This document shows, in pieces, positions 60,704-64,000 of a stretch of DNA of 64,000 bases (the stretch's first letter is position 1; each line of letters opens with the position of its first letter). The position numbers and the translations under genes were made by a program. Origin of the DNA: Prevotellaceae bacterium UBA7017 (lineage in GTDB: Bacteria; Bacteroidota; Bacteroidia; Bacteroidales; Bacteroidaceae). Under the pieces are notes generated by a model, which was given only the letters and a program-made list of their open reading frames with translations, was not told where the DNA came from and searched no databases. The DNA is taken from assembly GCA_002449535.1 (NCBI GenBank), contig DJWZ01000062.1:17369-81368 (forward strand), written 5' to 3'.

Positions 60704-61442
60704 ACGAAAGATAGCGGCATTGCTTTTGGCAGCCATCAGCATGCCGATGTTTGCAGACAGCGAGGGCGGACTGATTCTCGGTGCCGAGGCAGAGAAGAAG
60801 GTTACCAAGCGTCTGGATGTAACCCTGGAGGCAGACATGCGTACCCGCAACAATTTCAAGACCATGGACCGCTGGGGCGTAGGGCTTGGTGCTTCGTATA
60901 AGCTGCTCAGCTGGCTGAAGACTGATGCCGGGTATAAGTTCCTAGATTACAACTTCCATGAGGACATAGACTACAAGAAGTCGGGCGTCTATAACCACTG
61001 GCGTCCGAGCTACTGGGGCGTGAAACACCGCTTCTATGCAAGCCTGACAGGGTCGTACAAGTTTTCTAACAACATAAAGCTGTCGCTGCGTGAGCGTTGG
61101 CAATATTCCTATCGCCCTGAGAAGACCGTCAAGCGCTGGGACTTCGATGACGAGCTGTGGGAAGACAAGGTACGCTCTGGCAGTGGCAAGAACCAGCTTC
61201 GCTCGCGTCTTGAAATATCATACGACAGGAAGAAGGCTCTACTGACACCATACCTGAGCATTGAGACCTATCACTCTTGGGCTATAGAAAAGGTGCGCTA
61301 CACGGTCGGCACGGACATACGCCTGTCGAAGCACCATTCGCTGAGTGCCTACTACCGCTTTCAGAAGATGCATAATGTAGATGAGGACGAATATGACCCT
61401 GACATGCACTATCTTGGGGCAGGATACAAGTTTAAATTTTAA
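60690..61442 (+). CDS. DUF2490 outer-membrane beta-barrel protein
   Basis: Signal peptide, LRERWQY, RSRL, C-terminal YKFKF. Confidence 0.8.
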   Translation: MQMFRRKIAALLLAAISMPMFADSEGGLILGAEAEKKVTKRLDVTLEADMRTRNNFKTMDRWGVGLGASYKLLSWLKTDAGYKFLDYNFHEDIDYKKSGVYNHWRPSYWGVKHRFYASLTGSYKFSNNIKLSLRERWQYSYRPEKTVKRWDFDDELWEDKVRSGSGKNQLRSRLEISYDRKKALLTPYLSIETYHSWAIEKVRYTVGTDIRLSKHHSLSAYYRFQKMHNVDEDEYDPDMHYLGAGYKFKF

Positions 61443-61459
61443 CCCGACTTTATAAGACA

Positions 61460-62636
61460 ATGAAAAAGCTATTTTTTCTCAAGACAATGACGGTAGCCTT
61501 TGGCGGTGAGCGTCTTTACCGCCTGCAAGAACGACGATACTGACTTCAGCTCATATACGGACAAAACCTCTACGTCAACATCCGCATCCGAGACACCCGT
61601 TGCCGAGGATGCCATCAAGGTAATATATATCGCCTATAGCGGCAACAGCGTTACGGTCAGCGGAGACGATGCCAACTACGTTACCGTAAATGGAGCCGAC
61701 GTAACCGTGGCGGGCGAGATTGACTCGCTCTTGCTCGTGCTGTCAGGCTCTACTGCCGACGGCTCGCTGCTCGTAAACAGGCAGAAGAAATACGGCATCA
61801 GGCTTAATGGCGTCAGCATCACTAATGCCGAGGGTCCTGCCATCAATAACCAGTGCAGCAAATACCTCTACCTTGAGGTTGCCGGCGGCACTGCCAACAC
61901 TCTGTCTGACGGCACTACATACACGGAACAGGAGTATGACCAGAAGGGAGCCCTCTTCAGCGAAGGCGAGATATGCTTCTACGGAACCGGCACGCTGAAC
62001 GTTACGGGCAACTGCAAGCATGCCATAGCGTGCGACGACTTTATCACCATCGACGATGCCCTGACGCTGAATGTCAGTTCCCCTACGGGCAGTGGCATAA
62101 AGGTGAACGACGGCTTGTGGATTAACAATGGCACTATAGACATCAGCGTAACGGCAGATGCAGCCCGTGGCATAAGGTGTGACTCCGTGGTCGTCATCAA
62201 TGGCGGCACCACCACCATCACTACAAGCGGTGACTGCGTTTACGACAGCGAAGCGGCAGACTACAGCAGTGCCGCCTGCATCAAGTGCGACCATCCGTTT
62301 ACCATGACCGGCGGCTCGCTTACCATGACCAGCAGCGGCGACGGCGGCAAGGGCATCAACTGCAGCAGCGACATCATATTCCGTGGCGGCACGCTGGTGG
62401 CAACCACTACCGGCGGCAACGACAACGGCAAACCGAAGGCTATAAAGAGCGATACCGGCATCATCGTCAGCGGAGGCTCGTTCAGGGCTACCGTAGATAA
62501 GAGCTGGGCATGCGACAACGGATATGGCGATGACACTACGTCGGATGCAGAGAAACTTGCCAACTGCATCACCGTAGAAGGTTCACCCACAACAAAGGAC
62601 ATACAAAAGAAGTCGGTGACAATTATATACAATTAG
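61460..62636 (+). CDS. Cthe_2159/DUF4353 carbohydrate-binding lipoprotein with a +1 frameshift in the signal peptide
   Basis: ATG at 61460 is out of frame with the body. Deleting one T at 61499-61501 gives MKKLFFLKTMTVALAVSVFTAC. Body has LSGSTADGSL, GPAINNQ and KGALFSEG. Confidence 0.8.
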
Positions 62637-62856
62637 GAATTTAATTCGACTTTCGCAAGTTATTCTTGCTCAGTCTTTAGAGGTAAGTGGAGAGAGGTAA
62701 GAGATAAGAGATAAGAGGTGAGAGGTAAGAGTTAAGAAAAGAGCGCAACATGTAATCAGCATGCTGCGCTCTTGTTTAGTAATTGGGCTTATGAGCCCTA
62801 TGTGCCTTATCCCCCTCCCTAACTGGGGGGACCGGGGGGGCTTTCGGGGTGGGGCT

Positions 62857-63220
62857 TTACTCTTTCGGAAACTCTCCGTTCAGTATATAGTTCACGATAA
62901 ACATCACGTCGGGCATGCCGACCTCACCGTCAAGGTTCGCATCGGCAGCCTCAGTGTTGAACGAAGCGTCAGGAGTGCCCAGTATGTAGTTTACTATGAA
63001 CATCACGTCCGGCATGCCAATCTCGCCGTCACCGTTCGCTTCGCCGCGAATGGCAGTAGGCTCGCTGCCGGCATATACCTGCCAACTGCTGCCGTCATAA
63101 TACCATGGTGTCCATCCCTTTGTCTTCGCTGCATCAACTTGTGTCGTGGTCATAACATTTCCCTCCCCTTCATTGTAGATGACAAGTATATAACCACCCC
63201 ATGTGGACAGGCTATCTTGA
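62857..63220 (-). pseudogene. 3' remnant of a secreted protein with C-terminal dockerin-type domain
   Basis: NVMTTTQVDAAKTKGW...YAGSEP followed by a dockerin nearly identical to that of the M6 protease; the 5' part is replaced by IS66 sequence. Confidence 0.7.
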
Positions 63221-63816
63221 CCATTGCTGCTCCGTGTCCAGTTCGTTGAGGTATTGCAGCTCACGCAGCAGGTGTGCCACGCAGACCTGATGGTTCAGGA
63301 AGTTGAGCGTGAAGTATGCGCTGTGGCGGTCAGTGACGGCAACCATTCTCTCAAGTGATCTTCCGAAACGACTTTCCTGTTCCTTGTGCGAGCGTCCGCT
63401 CCCATGAAAAAGGAGCGTGAAATAGACGGTCTGTGCAATCCATGCCCAGTCAAGCTTCTTGTTGCAGTAGAGTCCCGATTCATAAAAGCCTACGACTGCA
63501 GACTTCATGATGCATTCCTTTATCTTCTCTATCACAGGTGCGGCGTTCTTCTTGGCCTCGTTAACCCAGTTTACAAACGAGCCCTGGCTGATTTCCAGAC
63601 CGAACACCTCCGTGAAGAAGTTCTCTATACGACCGTAAGGCAGGAACATCACCACGCTCAGATAGATCACCAGCGACTTGACGGTGGCATCATATACCAC
63701 GGCATTGGAGCCGCGCTTGCGGGGAGCATGCGGCTGGATGCGCTCACCGCACTGCTTGCAGACTGTGATGTAGTGGCGGATCTCCTTCACGACGAGCTTC
63801 AGCTCTGGAATGGAAA
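63212..63816 (-). mobile_element. internal fragment of an IS66 family transposase (TnpC)
   Basis: SIPELK...CKQCG zinc finger, PYGRI...FGLEISQG, W.W, VTDRHSAY, HQVCVAHLLREL; both ends are missing. Confidence 0.88.
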
Positions 63817-64000
63817 AGAGTGTTTTGATGAGTTAAAAACCGTTAATAAATTTAGGTAAGTAGGAGGCATACCATGCGTAGCATGCGTGCCAGGTGCGCC
63901 TCCCATAAATATCAAAGTTCATCAATGACCTCTGATATTTGGTCGTAGGTAAAGCCGCGTTGCATTGCAAAGCGTATGAGCTTACCTCGTAGTTCGTAAT

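Noticed and set aside
39350..63051. The two dockerin copies as a DGR template/variable repeat pair
   Set aside because: Differences are mostly synonymous and not adenine-specific, and no reverse transcriptase is present in the window.
62857..63264. ORF 62857-63264 as an intact 135-aa gene
   Set aside because: Its first codons are out-of-frame IS66 sequence and it lacks a signal peptide; treated as a remnant.

Overview
A 64-kb chromosomal window from a Bacteroidales bacterium, most likely Prevotella-like (TAnnTTTG promoters, gene content). Most of it is housekeeping: tRNA-Pro, lptB, fabK, a FadL-type porin, dsbD, murF, an argR-led arg/pro operon, hom, folB, rhaM, amidase-MCE-dnaA, an msbA-like ABC gene, rmlA-rmlB-gmd-rmlD-rmlC, pheT, truA and several CAZymes. 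Accessory patches are a DUF3987 primase/helicase-type cassette beside the tRNA, an AT-rich islet with a broken vapBC pair, a run of small stress genes and a decayed IS66 fragment. Four signals stand out. (1) Four intergenic elements share inverted arrays of short iteron-like repeats; two carry perfect 36-38 bp AT palindromes, and one arm recurs directly behind the DUF3987 gene. (2) A VTC-polyphosphate-polymerase/DUF4956/DUF2490/Cthe_2159 operon shares an identically spaced direct-repeat promoter box with a second Cthe_2159 operon. (3) A TAAAT-N4-WTTTA motif sits at junctions between small genes, suggesting a cassette array. (4) Short heptamer and REP-like repeats are inserted in frame into core proteins. 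All family assignments come from motif recognition, not database searches.
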